In this document: piece by piece, positions 13,508 through 27,558 of the stretch
Position numbering within the stretch: position 1 is the stretch's first letter
Layout: the number at the start of each line of letters is the position of its first letter
From: Saccostrea echinata
Lineage: Eukaryota
Assembly (NCBI RefSeq): GCF_033153115.1
Contig: NW_026889809.1
Coordinates: 4,898,001-4,962,000 of the forward strand
Reading direction: 5' to 3'
Length of the DNA: 64,000 bases
Made by a program: the position numbers and the translations under genes
The notes under the pieces: generated by a model
Database searches by the model: none
What the model saw: the letters and a program-made list of their open reading frames with translations, nothing else
What the model was told of the DNA's origin: nothing

Positions 13508-14499
13508 CAATTATCACAGAAGGACACCTTAAAATGATAAGCCTAAATTGAATTTGAAATTCTGTACATTGTAATGGCTGAGATGATGATCAGTAGGTCC
13601 ATCGTGCAAGAGATTCTTGTTCGGATTGATTTATATCATACTATGCCTTTACTATATACCATGACCACCCATTTAATGAATGCAAGATGAAACCCGTGGG
13701 GAACATTGGAAATCAATGCTACTTATGAATCAATCAGTAGATTTCATTAAAAGACGACCACATATTTCTAGCAAATACAGAACACACTCTGCTGGTCAGA
13801 GGGCTAAAGGGCTTATAACATTCGGATTTAATTTTGTGTATTTTTTTTTTCAATGTGTGTTTATATTACTAGATGGACTTTCTGCATTATTTCTGATTGT
13901 ACTATATCTTGACTTCACAATTTTAGTATTTATCTACTTTATTTGTGTATATGTACATGTATTTGCATTGACATTCATTGACATAACATAAAAATTATTT
14001 ATTCATCGCATTGTGATTATATAAAGACATTGCTAATAAGAATATAAGAAAAAAAACACACCCTCAAGATATATGAAATCAAACGTGTCCCAGAAAAGAT
14101 CATATATGAACATGTACATAAACAGTCTGGTTTTTATTAATTTACTTTATATAATCGAATGGGGACAAAATGTCTGGATAAAATTCAACATTTTTGTTTT
14201 TCATTGTTGTTTATTCCATATTTTCCGAACTGAAACAGAAAATATTTACTCATTTTTTTCTGTCTGGCAATTTGACATTTTTTTCAAAGTTCCCTCAATT
14301 ACCTAACAATCCAATAAGAACATGGCTGTTCATCAATGTTTAAAGGACATGGTTTGTGTTACTACAAAAACAATTGCATGGAGCTTTAAAATTTTTTCAT
14401 CCAAGCCTTTTAGCAAATTATTTCTTTTGAAAGTATTGGATGGACCTCATTCATTTTCAATAAAAGTATTTCATACTTTGAATGAAATTGGAAGATAAC

Positions 14500-15960
14500 T
14501 AATAGTAATTCATTGTGAGCAGACCAAACACGGACCCATGAAACAGATATGGGATCAAGTTTGAGGTGTCTTGAAGAGAAGGCTTCCCCTGTTGTTCGGA
14601 CAGACCCGCTGTATGCTCTTTGTCATGATCGGGTAAACTGAGAAATTCATAAACAAATCACGAATGAAAATAATAACCAAACAATATGATTGTATGAAAA
14701 GCGTCAGTCATTATTCAACGTAGTAATTATTTCATTTGTAATTTATTTTTCATGTATAAACAAGGCCATTGTATCGTCCATAGAGTATGCAAAATGTCAA
14801 CTTTAACAATATTTTGATACCCTTTAACACCAACTTTTTTTTTTTTTATCAATAACCTGCTTCGCTTTAAAAATTGTTCGTACGTGGAACATTCTCTTAT
14901 GTATCGAATCAACTGGGAAACATTAAACCTTGTTTATACATTTGATTCATATTTGGATATTTGATGTTACAACGATTTCAACAACCAACCTAGTTAAAAG
15001 TAAGCTGTTCGCAAATTCTACGGACGTTATAATGGCCCTATTTATAAATACAATCTAAAATTGGGTCGTATTTTGTCTGATTTGTTTGATACCATAACTT
15101 AGTCCATTGCGTTTTTTATATCAAATTTGACTTTGGATTACTCCGTCTACCTGATCAATACATAGGGCCCACAGACAGGTCAATAGGGAATGCTTACTCC
15201 TCCTAGGCCCCTGTTGATCCCACTTTCTGTTTTTCCCTGTTCACGATTTGTTTTCCTTACTGGTTTTATGAGATTGTTCACTGTTTGTTATATTCAAACA
15301 ATTTACATACAGGTGATCATGGTATATTTCTACATGAATAAGGGAAGATAAGGACAGAGAAGTTGAAGTTTATCATAAAGTTTAGCTATTAGTTTGTTAT
15401 AGATGTCTTTCTCTAGTAAATATCCAATAAGAAATAGATTTGCCATAATCATTGGTGTCTTTTATTTCCAGTTCAATGATATACGTCTAATTAATGTATG
15501 AATGTAAATGAATATTACTAATCGATAAAACGTCGTCGATATATCTAAATGTCGCATTGATGTTTGTTTGTATGTTGTTTAACGTCCCTCTCGAGAATTT
15601 TTCACTCATATGGAGACGCCACCACTTGCCGGTGGAGAGCTGCAAATTTTGTCCTATACTCGGCACTTACCGCCATTGAGCAGTGAGGGATCTTTTTCGT
15701 GCCAGCACCTACTGCGACACGGGACCTCGGTTTATACGGTCTCATCCGAAGGACCGGTCTCCACGTCCCACAATGGGATTCGAACCCGCGACGTAAGGAT
15801 CAACTCCTTACTTCGCGACTCTAGAGCAGACGCTCTCACCACTGCGCCACGCGGGTGATTAAATGTCGCATTGAAGGCCATAGCCAAAGACTTTCATATA
15901 GAAGTTTTTGAAAAATTCTGCTTCATAAGAGTACAAAAACAAGTCTGCTTATAATGTCAA
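14500..15960. mobile_element. Cluster of Penelope-like fragments in alternating orientation (- 14500-14925, + 14960-15310, - 15350-15960)
   Basis: LIRYIRECSTYEQFLKRSRLL on -, conserved 3' motifs at 14525-14620 (-) and 15163-15240 (+), and FNATFRYIDDV on - flanking the SINE. Confidence 0.7.
15561..15859 (-). mobile_element. tRNA-derived SINE, best-preserved copy
   Basis: Minus-strand head has A box TGGCGCAGTGG and B box GGTTCGAATCC; (AAAC)n tail; 15-bp TSD TAAATGTCGCATTGA (15546-15560 and 15860-15874). Confidence 0.88.
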
Positions 15961-16242
15961 TAAAAATCCCTACAGTTTAAGTTGCATGCCTTTTTAACAG
16001 ATATATCTATGATATTTCCAGATATTTTATTTTCATCATTGAATTTCTTTTTCGACTGTCCAAATTTATTTTTAAAGCTATTTGTATATACGAATATTGG
16101 TGTGTTGGTCAGATTTCGAGTATTATTGGGACTTTTATCACTTTGTTTACATTTGATAAGTCTGCATTGGATTTTGAGCCCTTTATAAATATAAGCTTCC
16201 TGGGTTTATACCCCATGTTAAGGAACTATTCACAATATAAGA

Positions 16243-17270
16243 TTGATTGATTCTTTGTTGATTAACGTTCCGTTCGAGAATTTTTCACTCATATAGAGAC
16301 GTCACTATATACCGGTGAAGGGCCTTTACTCGGCGCTCAGGGCTATTGAGCGGCGTGGGATCTTTATCGTGCCAACGCCTGTAGTGACATCGGGCCTCGG
16401 ATTTTAAGTACTCATCCGAAAGACTGCAACTTTCACTTCAAAGAACTGCGAACGATAGTATTGTTCTTCCGCCTACCTCGAAGTCGTCAATTTTCAAAAG
16501 TTGACACATTTGAATGATTTTCTATATTTATATGGATATTTATATGAATTTTCATAAAACATTACTGCTTTAGGAAAACAACGAGAGATAACTCTATAAT
16601 TTTGGTAAAACTTGTGTTTTTCACTATAGAAATCAACGGAAAACGGAAAATATTTTTAAAACATCTCCCCCCCCCCCCCCCCCCCCCGTGAAACAAAAAT
16701 TCCTTTTTACAGGTAATATGGACTGTCATTTCACAAATTCATACCAAAGCTTTTTGTGTTTCACGGGGGGGGGGGGGTATGTTTACAGACAAAAAACTAT
16801 AAAAATGCTTATTTTTTCACCAATTTCAAAGGGGTTCACACCTAAAACATTGTATTTTATTAATAATATATGTTTAATTTTATATGCATAAAACATTTAA
16901 GGAACATTTATTCATATCCAAGAATATTTTAAAAGGTGGTGATGCTTTAAAGTCCAATTTCATTGGAAAATATCGTCTACCCCCTTCTTTAAAGAGCTGG
17001 AATTAGGGGGTAATTAACTATCTAACACTGGTATTGAAATTATCAGTCAATTACCAATGAAATGTTCTTTGCATTCAACTAAGATTTTACGGCCAAATTG
17101 CCATTAGTATTGAATTAAATGAGTGTAAAATGTAGGCGGGAATCGAGAGTTAGCGTGCGTAGTTCCTTCTGAGCGCTTGGCGAAGGAACAGTTGCTATCT
17201 ATTTTTTTTTTTTATCAACTTAGGTCGGTCGTGGCCGAGGTTTAATCCCACGACCTCCCGATCACGGTAT
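16243..17270 (-). mobile_element. tRNA-derived SINE interrupted by a TIR element
   Basis: Colinear with the 5071-5397 copy up to CACTTCAAAG (16443) and resumes at GAGCGCTTGG (17171). Confidence 0.75.
16443..17165. mobile_element. Non-autonomous TIR DNA element nested in a SINE
   Basis: Left GAACTGCGAACGATA...TTCCGCCTAC versus reverse complement of the right end GAACTACGCACGCTA...TTCCCGCCTAC. Confidence 0.6.
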
Positions 17271-17722
17271 AATTATAAGAAGACAATCGTCGTCCACTAT
17301 TCCCTGATCGACATCTATTGTTGGATGTTCATTCCCGTTATGCAAGATCTGACTCTTGAAGTTGGCACTTCTGGTATGATGCAGTACTGGATAAATTTTG
17401 TTTAATAACTAAACATGTCTCAATTAGACAATTAGGATGGACGATCCAGGTTTTTTACCTGGAGACACTATTCTGACAATGTATTTCGGTGCATAAATTG
17501 CTGACAAAGCGGGGTTTTCACAGCTCATGGCAGAACACTTCCAATGATCCTTACATGTGATGGAGCTCGGTATTCTGACAAAATTATCCACAACAATGTC
17601 ATCTGCTTTGTAATATATCGACTTAACCAAATCAGCTTATGACAAAAATACCGGAACGCATGTTTTCCTGTGTTGTTGTGACTATCTTGTTTGCTAGATC
17701 ATTCAAGAATTACGAATGTTTG

Positions 17723-18320
17723 GAACACCAAATTTACACATATTAAAAATTTGCACATATCTTAAAATATTTGTATCTTTCTACAATTGAAGATAAGTAT
17801 AGTTGAATTAAAGATATGTCAAAAAATTAAAGATAGGTGTAAGTAATTATACTAGTACCTATTTTTAAATGATTGTACATCAGTTCAAATGACCTTACTG
17901 TAATTCAATTATACCTAACTTTAATTCAATTACAGTTATATATTATCACATCTATCTTTAATTTATTTTTAGATAGGATATTTGATTTAAAGACAGGCGA
18001 TACAATTCAATTAAAGACATGTAATTTTTTGTAAAGTCTCCATAAAGGATTTGAAGATATGTATAATTATATATAGGTTCAATTCAATTACACCTACCTT
18101 TGAATTGATTATACCTGTCTTAAATTCTACGTATTTGTACCTATCTTCAATTCAATGATACCCATCTTAAAATCTTATCTCCAAATGAATTAAAGATATG
18201 TATATTTGAATTAAACCTATCTTCAATTCATTTCGAGATATAGGTACAATTGATCTGAATATAAATTCAAATATTTGAAGATAGATACAAATATTTGAAT
18301 GTATGCTAATTTGGTCCATT
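17723..18320. mobile_element. Degenerate foldback/MITE-like element built from short AT-rich subrepeats
   Basis: CCAAATTT...AAATATTTGTATCT at left mirrored by AGATACAAATATTTG...AATTTGG at right; internal AATTAAAGATA/TATCTTTAATT repeats in both orientations. Confidence 0.5.
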
Positions 18321-18943
18321 CGAATCACCAGCTGTTACTTTTGACCTTTCACCTTTTAATTAATTTTCGTTTACGTCAGCTGCTGATCTTTGATTTTTCA
18401 TTATTTGAAGCGACATTCTAAATGCCTTTTTTACTGAAGCGCTTGGTAACAACTATTAGTACCCGATATATTAGAGAAATACCGACATCTTACGAACGAA
18501 CGTAACTCGGCCCTAACTTCCCGTATCTCGTTAGTTTTCCAGGGACCAGTTATTGCACCTAGTTTAAAATTAATAAATCGGAAAAATTAAGTATATGTGT
18601 ATACCGGGTAATAGAACGGACAGTATTTTTATCACTTTGTAAATAATAATTTCTCCTGTCTAATTTTCTGTTATCACTTACAATGTAATTAAAAACGGAC
18701 AAATAGAAGAAAATACGCCAAAATACCTATGAAGGGTTAGGAAACACAATTGTCATGCGTCAGTGGTTAAACGTATACATGTATACTAGTGTGCGCTGTG
18801 TTCATTTGGAGAAAGTTACGTTTTATAACATGGATGAAATCTAAACTCATACCCTGTATAAATCCATGTAAAGGCTACAAGTTGCTAGGTGATGCGCTTA
18901 TATACTGTTTTGTACATGTATTTAAAAGTGTACATTTATGTGT

Positions 18944-18948
<5 letters not shown>

Positions 18949-18980
<32 letters not shown>
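18949..18980. repeat. (AG)n microsatellite
   Basis: About 16 perfect AG units. Confidence 0.95.
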
Positions 18981-18981
<1 letters not shown>

Positions 18982-19515
18982 ACAATGGACAATAATTGTT
19001 GTAATGAATTATACAATGTAGCATTGTTTTTTAACGTTTCAGAAATCAAACATTAAAAATCAGAAAATAGTTGTCACTTCTCGGGAAACGTAATATTTTT
19101 AAAGTGGTCGCGCGTAGATGTTTGTGTACTTGGGGAGGGAGAGGGGGTCGAAGCTCAACTAATCGAATCAAATGTCAATTTTCATTCCATTTAAGTAAAT
19201 ACATGGAATACTACGATCCATATACTACAATCCTTATAAAAGTGGAATGAGGCAATGCATGTATATGCAATAATTTTTTCCCATATCGTATCTAGTAAAA
19301 GAAAACGTAACTTCATAAAGCAAGAAGGGTAGGTTTTTCTTTATGTGAAATATTACTTCAAAGAAATAAACGAGCATTCATATGATAGACAGTGTCTTCT
19401 TGGATGATGTATTATGTTGCAATCTTCACTTAATTTATCTTTCGGCTGCCTTTCATGATATATGTTATATCTGTATAGATATGTGGAAGCTGCAAATTAT
19501 GCATTTGGGTAGGGT

Positions 19516-19599
19516 CACAGACGTAGCATCGTTTTTTTTTTTAAAAAGGGGGGGGGGCAGTCAGAGAAAAAAATTCAACTTACCTGAAAAAACCTGACA

Positions 19600-19651
<52 letters not shown>

Positions 19652-19822
19652 CTTCTTTTGGTACCAATTTTTTTTTTTAATACATTACTACATTAGCCTT
19701 ATTTGACTGTACTGCAACAAAAGGGGGAGGAGGGGGCAACAAGCCTTTCAATGAACATTTCGAACAGTAAAAGTAATGTGTGGAAAAGGTGGGGGCAGGT
19801 CCCTCTGATGCTACATGTCTGT
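19516..19822. mobile_element. Short TIR element (hAT-like MITE) with internal poly-A
   Basis: TIR CACAGACGTAGCATC / GATGCTACATGTCTGTG; related internal sequence recurs at 20340-20460. Confidence 0.6.
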
Positions 19823-20918
19823 GGGTGGTGTATATTTATTAAATTTTCTTTGTACTCAAGCTATGTACCATTATGTCATTGTTTGTTAAGCATGCATTAT
19901 TCGTCAGAATATAAAATTACAAGATACACTGTATACGTGAAGGGTAACTTTGACCCGCACTCAGAGTAATTTCGACCGAAGCTCTAGTGTAAAGAGAAAA
20001 AAAAAGCTATAGTCGAAATTATAACTTGCGTCATCTCTAAGAAAAAAAAATCATAGATTGATTCAAGTATACTGACAAAAAGATACTGTAGTTCTCAAAA
20101 TGTGAATAATTTGAAGACATCAAGTGCATGATGCTGATTCACTGAGCTGTCAAGGCATGCTCAAATGTACCTGTACACAAAGGCAAATAAAAAGAACAGA
20201 CGAGTTTTCACTGATGTGTAGAAGTAGTTTCTACTGATATTTTTTTCATTTTTTTTTTTAAATTGTCATGAATTCTTTCTGGTAAAAGTAATATTGTTGC
20301 AGGTTTATTTATTATTCATTAGTCGAATTAGAAACATATAATTTTCGTTTTTAAAAGCGGGAGGGGTTGGGGGAGCCAGAGAAAAAAATCAACTTACAAG
20401 AAAAAAATCTGACAAGCAAAAAAAAAAAAACAAAAACAAAAAAAAGGGGGTGGGGGTTTAAAGTTGAAAATCCTTTTTTCATGGGGGTGGGTACAACTTT
20501 TTGGGAACAAAATTTTCTTCATACATTATCATATAAAAATTGGGTCGGTAGATAGGTAATAAATTTTTTCCCAGAAAATTTCAACATTCTTATTGATGGA
20601 GAAAGAAAATTCGGGAGAAAAAAAATATCGTTTTCTCAGGTTAAACAAGTTTTGAGTCGGGTCATTTTTACCCAGTCGGCGAGGGCAAAGAAACAATTTT
20701 TTAAAAATGGTCTAACCTAATTTGGCTGATACCATGTGTCTGGAAATAACTAACCGAAGCAGCATTCATGTGGACAAGGGTTACTAAGGCCAATTTCTGT
20801 TCAGCTGATTTGCATTGCATGCATTTTAATTTGTAAGAAACTGAATATTTTGAATGAAATGTGCATGAGTTTCAGTTGCAAAATCATTCTCATATATATC
20901 ATGTCAGGAATAGCTATT

Positions 20919-21037
20919 CATGGCCGTAGGAACCGGGGGGGGGGGGGGGGGCACGGCAATAATTTTGCCGATACATAGACTACTATAAGAAACATAGATA
21001 CTATATGCTTGTACCCCCTCAATAAATCGCCTGATGA

Positions 21038-21081
<44 letters not shown>

Positions 21082-21156
21082 TGTCAAGGAATTTTTGGCT
21101 GTGTCCCGTCCCCCCCCCCCCCCCCCCCCAAAGTGGATTTGCTTCATACGGGCATG
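20919..21156. mobile_element. Short TIR element (hAT-like MITE)
   Basis: TIR CATGGCCGTAGGAA / TTCATACGGGCATG, imperfect 8-bp TSD TAGCTATT / AGGCTATT; its left part recurs at 54546-54655. Confidence 0.65.
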
Positions 21157-21456
21157 AGGCTATTCATTAATTTTCTATACACAGATATTGTCAGAGGTGA
21201 TAATTCCTTGTAATGGCTAAGAAAACTATCAAAATACAATTAAACCCGGCTTCAATATACATGTACATGTATTATAGCCATATCGTGATTCCGTGGGAAA
21301 AAAAAAGTAATTTTTCGGTTGATAAGGCTTCTTCTTAGATAAATACGATCCTTCGACGTAATTTTGCTCCAGTCTTTGCTATACCCACCGCCTTTTCAGC
21401 TCTTTGATTTTTTTTCATTAAATATTTCGGATTTCCAACGATTCGGCATGAGCATT

Positions 21457-21620
21457 ACTGTAGATTCCTAAATATACGCGAGGAATAAATTATCGCGTAA
21501 TAAAATTACTCGCTTTTATTTTTATGGTGATTTACTGTATGTAAAATCTCAAGATAATTCACCCATTCGCAAATTATTGTTCTCGCGATTTGCGTACTCG
21601 CGTAAAATAAGGAATCTACT
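21457..21620. mobile_element. Small MITE
   Basis: TIR GTAGATTCCT / AGGAATCTAC with internal CGCG subrepeats. Confidence 0.55.
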
Positions 21621-24600
21621 TAAGAGACATAATTTGTTTAAAGAGACACTGTGACGGACAAACGGGAAAATTGACAGAAGTAAAAAATTTTGCAAGACAC
21701 ATGCAAATTTAATTCAATTCTTGAAAGTATTACGTTTCAGAAAATTACAGGTTTCAGAACCTAAAAAATCTACTTTTGTGGAGAAAAATATAAGTAAAAA
21801 TAATTTTAATTTGTCCCAACACGAGAAAGAAAACTTAAAGGAAACGCATGATACTGACTCACTATGCAACTTTAAATGCACCTCTGGTGCATCAAAATTG
21901 GCACAGTATATGATTTACATGTACAAAGTTTAGCCAGTAGCATGAACAAAAAGGCCATTGTTTTATGTTTATTTTTTTTAACTCTCCCTTGCCCTCTTTT
22001 TCGTAAGACAGAATCTTTGACTTCATGCTTCAAAATGAGACATTTTTCATTTTCCTTTTTCATGTGTATTTCCCTTTTCGGAACCCCTTTCCTCGTTTTA
22101 AATGTCCATTGAAATGTATTGTAGCGTCACGGTAGCGACTACGACAAGAAGTAGTTTTGAGGTATCCTGCGGGGATTTTATCTTTTGAAATCTCAATAAC
22201 ATTGAAGAATTTAATAATGCAAATGTGAATACAATGAACGATCCCCTTTTTTGGTTACGTTCGTTCGTAAGATGTCGGTATTTCTCTATTATAAACTGTA
22301 ATGACACTCGTTTTTGACCGTACATGACTTTACGTTTTACCCCCACTGCATGGTCTAACGTTGTAAAACGTCCTTAGCAACATGTTAAGTAATTACGGAT
22401 AATAATTAATGAAATGGATACAAGAAAATCAAGTTTTTTATATTTGTTTGTGAGATATTTCTATACCAATCTAATTTTTCTTTCACTAAGTATGACACGG
22501 CACAGTTACCTATTCTTTTCCACAATTTGTTGACATGCTTTTGTATATGTTATGAGGGGAAGTGCTATCAAGGAAAGAGCAATTTTCCGCGTTAAGCTCT
22601 AGATATACTTGTATGCGCTTCTTAATTTCCACCATCCTCCACAATTTAAAATCGCCACTTTATATTTACAGCTTTATACATGTATATATTCTTTGAACTC
22701 CTACATTTCTTTCCACGTTGTCACATTCATATCAGTTTCCTCAATAGAACCTTTTACTTTTGATAGGTAAGATAGATGATATGCTACATTAAAATAATCT
22801 TTCTCAGGACAAAGATTTTGTATAAAAATGAAATGTAAACAAGGTAAATATGACTTTTATGCCTTCAATTTTAGTGTAAATCTATAAATTTCTTCTTCTG
22901 AATATACGTCATACCTGTTAACTTCAAAACTCATAAAGAAGAGGACCCAAGCTTCGCACCTTATTTCTAAGCTTTAATGAGCCTAAAGATGATATTGTAT
23001 AACTAATAAGGTATTTCAATCATTGATTAGCTCTCTAATTACTCCGTCTGACAGCATGTCTTCCGTTTCGTCTTCTATACGTCATCGACTTCCTGAAGCT
23101 TCCAGAGACGTTAATCTTAAGAAAAGGAAGCACCTGTTACAATATTCTAGTGTCCATGTCATTTATAATTGCTTTGGCAAAGATAGGTTCAAAGTCTATC
23201 TTATCTCTTCCAAAATTGGCAATACCACAATTTGAATCAGAATACTGAAAAAAAAGCATTCCAATATACAGTGTTAAAAGAGATTTTTAAGGTTCAGGGA
23301 AACTTTTGATCTCTCTATCAATTATGTATTACAATTTTTCATATATGAAGTATACACAAATATGCTATTAAAACGATTTGAAAACTGATTAAATATACTG
23401 TTACAAATTTATATATTTCTCCTAATTGCAAATGACTTTTAGGATGCCATCTCGTGACATCACCAATTGTTAAAGAAGGATATGTTTTTAAAACTCCCAT
23501 CGAGGAAATTAAACCCTGATTATAGACTTTAGTTTTAAACTGGTAAATGATGTCCATTTAGTTCTTAATCTGTGTGCATAACCTATTTTTATTATCAATT
23601 TTTAAGTAACTTCACTCGTAGGAAAATGGAAAAGAGATACTTTTCGGACCACTCTCCATATGAATTAGTGAGCGATTCACATATATCTGTTCCGATTAGC
23701 TTTCCTGGTCATGAACTCTTCATAATTCATTAATCTTGACCTTATCATGACTCTAATTTGTAATGATTTATAGAGACATATATCTGCTTTGTTTCCATTT
23801 TATTGTCTGAAATACTGGTGACTGAATATTCTACTGATTACATCTTTTAACATCCATGATTTCATTCTTACCAAGTGGTAGATATTTAGCAATAAGATAC
23901 ATAATTTTAAAAAAACATGACCTAATTTTGTCTCTAGTAGATGCATTATGGCCTCATAAATTGTTTCACTATTCCCACATCCCTAAATTTCTCCACAAAT
24001 GCATGGCCTTATTTCAAATGTTTTTTTTTTCAATACTTTAAATACAGCACAACCTCAGAAAAAAATATTTTATCATATTTTTATGATATTTATATGGATA
24101 TTTTATAATATTTCAGATTTTTTTTTCAATACTTAAATACAGCGCATCCTCTGAGAAAATATTAATTTTATCATTTAATTATAGGACTGTTTCTGAGGAT
24201 TATGAATCATGCTTTATTTTTTGGATTGCAGAGTGTGCTCATATTTCAATTCTTTACAGAAGATACTTCAATACATCTGTTTTCTGCCAAACTTAAGAAC
24301 ATTTTAATTTCACAAAACCTGTTTTCCAATACCTCGGCTTTTAGAGGAAACTTTGTTGTGGGATGTGAAAACACCATGTCTATTCTTTGGATTGGTGCTT
24401 GAAATGCGACATTGAGTAATAGTCAATTAATGGTGTATTTAGGGTCATTTTATGAATAACAGGATATGTCTGTTTAAGATCCATATTTCAGGCAGTGCAA
24501 TGATGAAGTGATTTCTATTTATACTAATACGTATTCTTTCATCAATAAGCATCTATTTAAATGACTTAGTACTAATTTATTGACAGTTTTATTACTGAAA

Positions 24601-24879
24601 TCTCTCTTTTTTCACTTTTATTAATTCACCTGTGTTTTTTTTTTTTTTTTTGTTATCTTTTCTTTTCATTTTCTAAAAAAGAAATAATACCAAAAACACT
24701 GAAAAAATGCTATAAAAGTCAAATAATTCCACCACAAATTCAAAGAAAAAAACAGTACACGCTCTAGTGTAATTTATGCTTCACAATTCTACTTTAAAGT
24801 TTAACATGCTCTTAATCAGGGGTGCGACAAAATTTTTTATCGATGATCAAAATATGAATAAATATTTGAAAAAAAATTA

Positions 24880-26932
24880 GTGAAATTTGATGGCATATTT
24901 TAAGTCTTCTTCGCAAGAACCAGTGGGCCAAAAATTGAAACTAATGTGAAATCTTCATTACATAATGTAAATTCAAGTTTGTTCAAATCATGACCCCTAG
25001 GGGTAGGGTGGAACAACAGTGGAGGATCAAAGTTTTACATCGGTATATATAAGAAAAAAATATTTAAAAATCTTCTTCCCGAGGACAGAAAAGCCATGAC
25101 TAGTCATATTGATTGGAAAGAATCCTTATGTAGTATAGATTCAAGTTTGTTCAAATCATGATCCCTGGGAGTAGGGTGGGGTCACAATAGATGATCACAT
25201 TTTTACATAGGAATATATTGGGAAAATCATCTTCTTAAGAATAGTGAAGAATAGTTGATTCAAGTTTGTTCAAATCATGACCCTCGGGGTTAGGGTGTGG
25301 TCACAATGGGGGATCAAATTTTACATAGGAATAATAGGAAAAATCTTTTTAAAGCCATGATAAGTCATACTGATATGGAAGCAGCCTTAAGTATCGAGAA
25401 TCAAGTTTGTTTAAATCATAATCCAAAGGGTAAGGATGAGGCCACAACGGGGGATAAAAGTTTTACATATGAATACATTGGGGTAAAACATAAAAAAATC
25501 TTTTTGTCAAGAACAGCAAAACCATGATAAGCCATACATGTAATGATATTAGCATCCTCAAGTAGTGATTGTTCAAATTATGACACCTGGGGATAGGCCT
25601 GGTGCCAAAATGGGGACTGAATTATTACATAGGAATATGTAAAAAAAAAAAAAAATTTAAAAATCTTTTGATGAATACCAGCAAAACAATGAGCCATATA
25701 GATATGGAATGAAAATGGAGATAATGAACAGTTTTCGAGCTCAAATGTCCATTCAAACAATACAAATCAAGAGCAGAGCAAACACGGACCTCCAAAACAT
25801 TTGCCATGGAGGCAAATCTCTTTTAACACTATATATTGGAATGCTTGCCATGGAGGAGTGAGCATCCCCTGCCGACAGGTCACACCCGCCGTGTCGTTCC
25901 TTTTCATAATGGGGAAAAACGGAAAAATCCGTCGACAATTCAGTGTGTAAATAATGGCCTAACTATAAGTATGTAAACGGCAGTAAGCATTTGTATTTGT
26001 TGACAAGGAAATTATTTCGACCATAGAACTTGCAAAATGATGATTAAACGAGACTGTTGATATTATTGTTTCATCAACTTGTTTTTCAATAGCTTGCCTC
26101 GTTTTAGGAACTGTTCGAACGTACACTGAGCATGCTCTTGTATATCGAATCAACTGGGAGACATAAACCCTATATGCAGTGATAAGTGTATATTGCTACA
26201 TAAGTAAGAGAAGTTGACGATTGAAAACTTGAAGTCACTCTCCGGAAGCGTAGATGCAAAATTTCTTAAATTATCATCCTTCGGGTAGGGTGAGACTACA
26301 ATGAAGGAAAAAAGTTTTACATTGGAATAAATAGGAAAAAGTCTTTAAAAATCTTCTTCTCAAGAACAGCAAAGCCATGATTAGACATGTGATATGGAAG
26401 CATCCTCAGTTAGTGTAGATGCAAGATTTTTCAAATCTTTATCACCGGGGGTAGGATGAGGCCACGGTGAAGATCAAATTTTTACATAGAAGTATGTAGA
26501 AAAAAATCTTTAAAAATCTTCTCAAGAACAGCAAAGCCATTATTAGTCATTTTGATATGGAAGCATCCTCAGGTAGTGTAGATTCAATTGTTAAAATTAT
26601 GACACCCCCACCTTCCGTGTATTCATGATCCCAACACCCCTCGTAGGCTCGGGCCACAATGGCTGATCAAAGTTTTTTTACAGGAATATATAGGATTTTT
26701 TTTTTTGCAAAAATTTCTACTCAAGAACAACAAAGCCATGATTAGTCATATTTATGTGGAAAAATCCTCGGGTATTTTAGATTCAAATTTGGTCAATTCA
26801 TGAGCCCTGGGGGAGGGAAGGGGATGCGAGAGTCACAATTATATGTGATCATAGGAAAATATAAGGTAAAAATTTGCTGATGGAGAACAAAAGGTATAAT
26901 CAGGTGAACAATGTGACCGATTGGCCTCCTGT
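24880..26932 (+). repeat. Cg170/HindIII-like ~166-bp oyster satellite array within a Helentron-type element
   Basis: Repeated TCAAGTTTGTTCAAATCATGACCC..GGGTAGGGTGG..CACAATGGGGGATCAAA..TTTTACATAGGAATA; ends with CAGGTGAACAATGTGACCGATTGGCCTCCTGT, resembling the recalled HINE/CvA terminus; interrupted by a Penelope-like fragment. Confidence 0.75.
25705..26240 (-). mobile_element. Penelope-like 3' fragment inserted in the satellite array
   Basis: VNFSYLCSNIHLSLHI..LIRYTRACS on - and reverse-complemented 3' motif at 25775-25895. Confidence 0.75.
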
Positions 26933-26988
26933 GTATTGTTGAAATAACAAATTACAGACATTCAATTTTACTGTCAATTCATAATTTT

Positions 26989-27216
26989 NNNNNNNNNNNN
27001 NNNNNNNNNNNNNNNNNNNNNNNNNNNNNNNNNNNNNNNNNNNNNNNNNNNNNNNNNNNNNNNNNNNNNNNNNNNNNNNNNNNNNNNNNNNNNNNNNNNN
27101 NNNNNNNNNNNNNNNNNNNNNNNNNNNNNNNNNNNNNNNNNNNNNNNNNNNNNNNNNNNNNNNNNNNNNNNNNNNNNNNNNNNNNNNNNNNNNNNNNNNN
27201 NNNNNNNNNNNNNNNN
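26989..27216. other. Assembly gap (228 N)
   Basis: Run of N. Confidence 1.
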
Positions 27217-27558
27217 TTTGAATTCAAAAAATATTAAAAGTTTAAGAGAGCTGAGGTTTTTCTTTTAATTATAATAGGAGGATAATCAGAATATCAACAA
27301 ATTCATAGAAATGAAAAAAAAATATTACAAAATCGTTTTCTACATCTATATTGATACAAGGTAACAGACTTTAATCTATGACGGGCCATAAGTGTTTCCA
27401 AACTAATTAATCAATTAGCTGAATTTTTTTAAAGAAAAATTACAGCTTGTACGATGAAAAGTAAATTAGACGGACTTAACTCAGCAGCTTTCTCCTACCT
27501 TATATAATCATCACATATGTAAACTGGAAATTGTGTATCAGTTTTGACCTGGTACGAT

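Noticed and set aside
15770-15859. Possible tRNA gene with A and B boxes on the minus strand
   Set aside because: It is the head of a SINE bounded by a 15-bp TSD, and a canonical cloverleaf is not evident.
21445-21910. Remnant resembling a minimal hammerhead-containing repeat (GAGCATTAC..AAGAGACATAATTTGT..AAA..TGCACCTCTGGTGCATC)
   Set aside because: The core is split by two insertions and mutated; no intact CUGANGA/GAAA core, so it cannot be called a ribozyme.
26979-27227. 82-aa ORF
   Set aside because: Artefact of the N gap.
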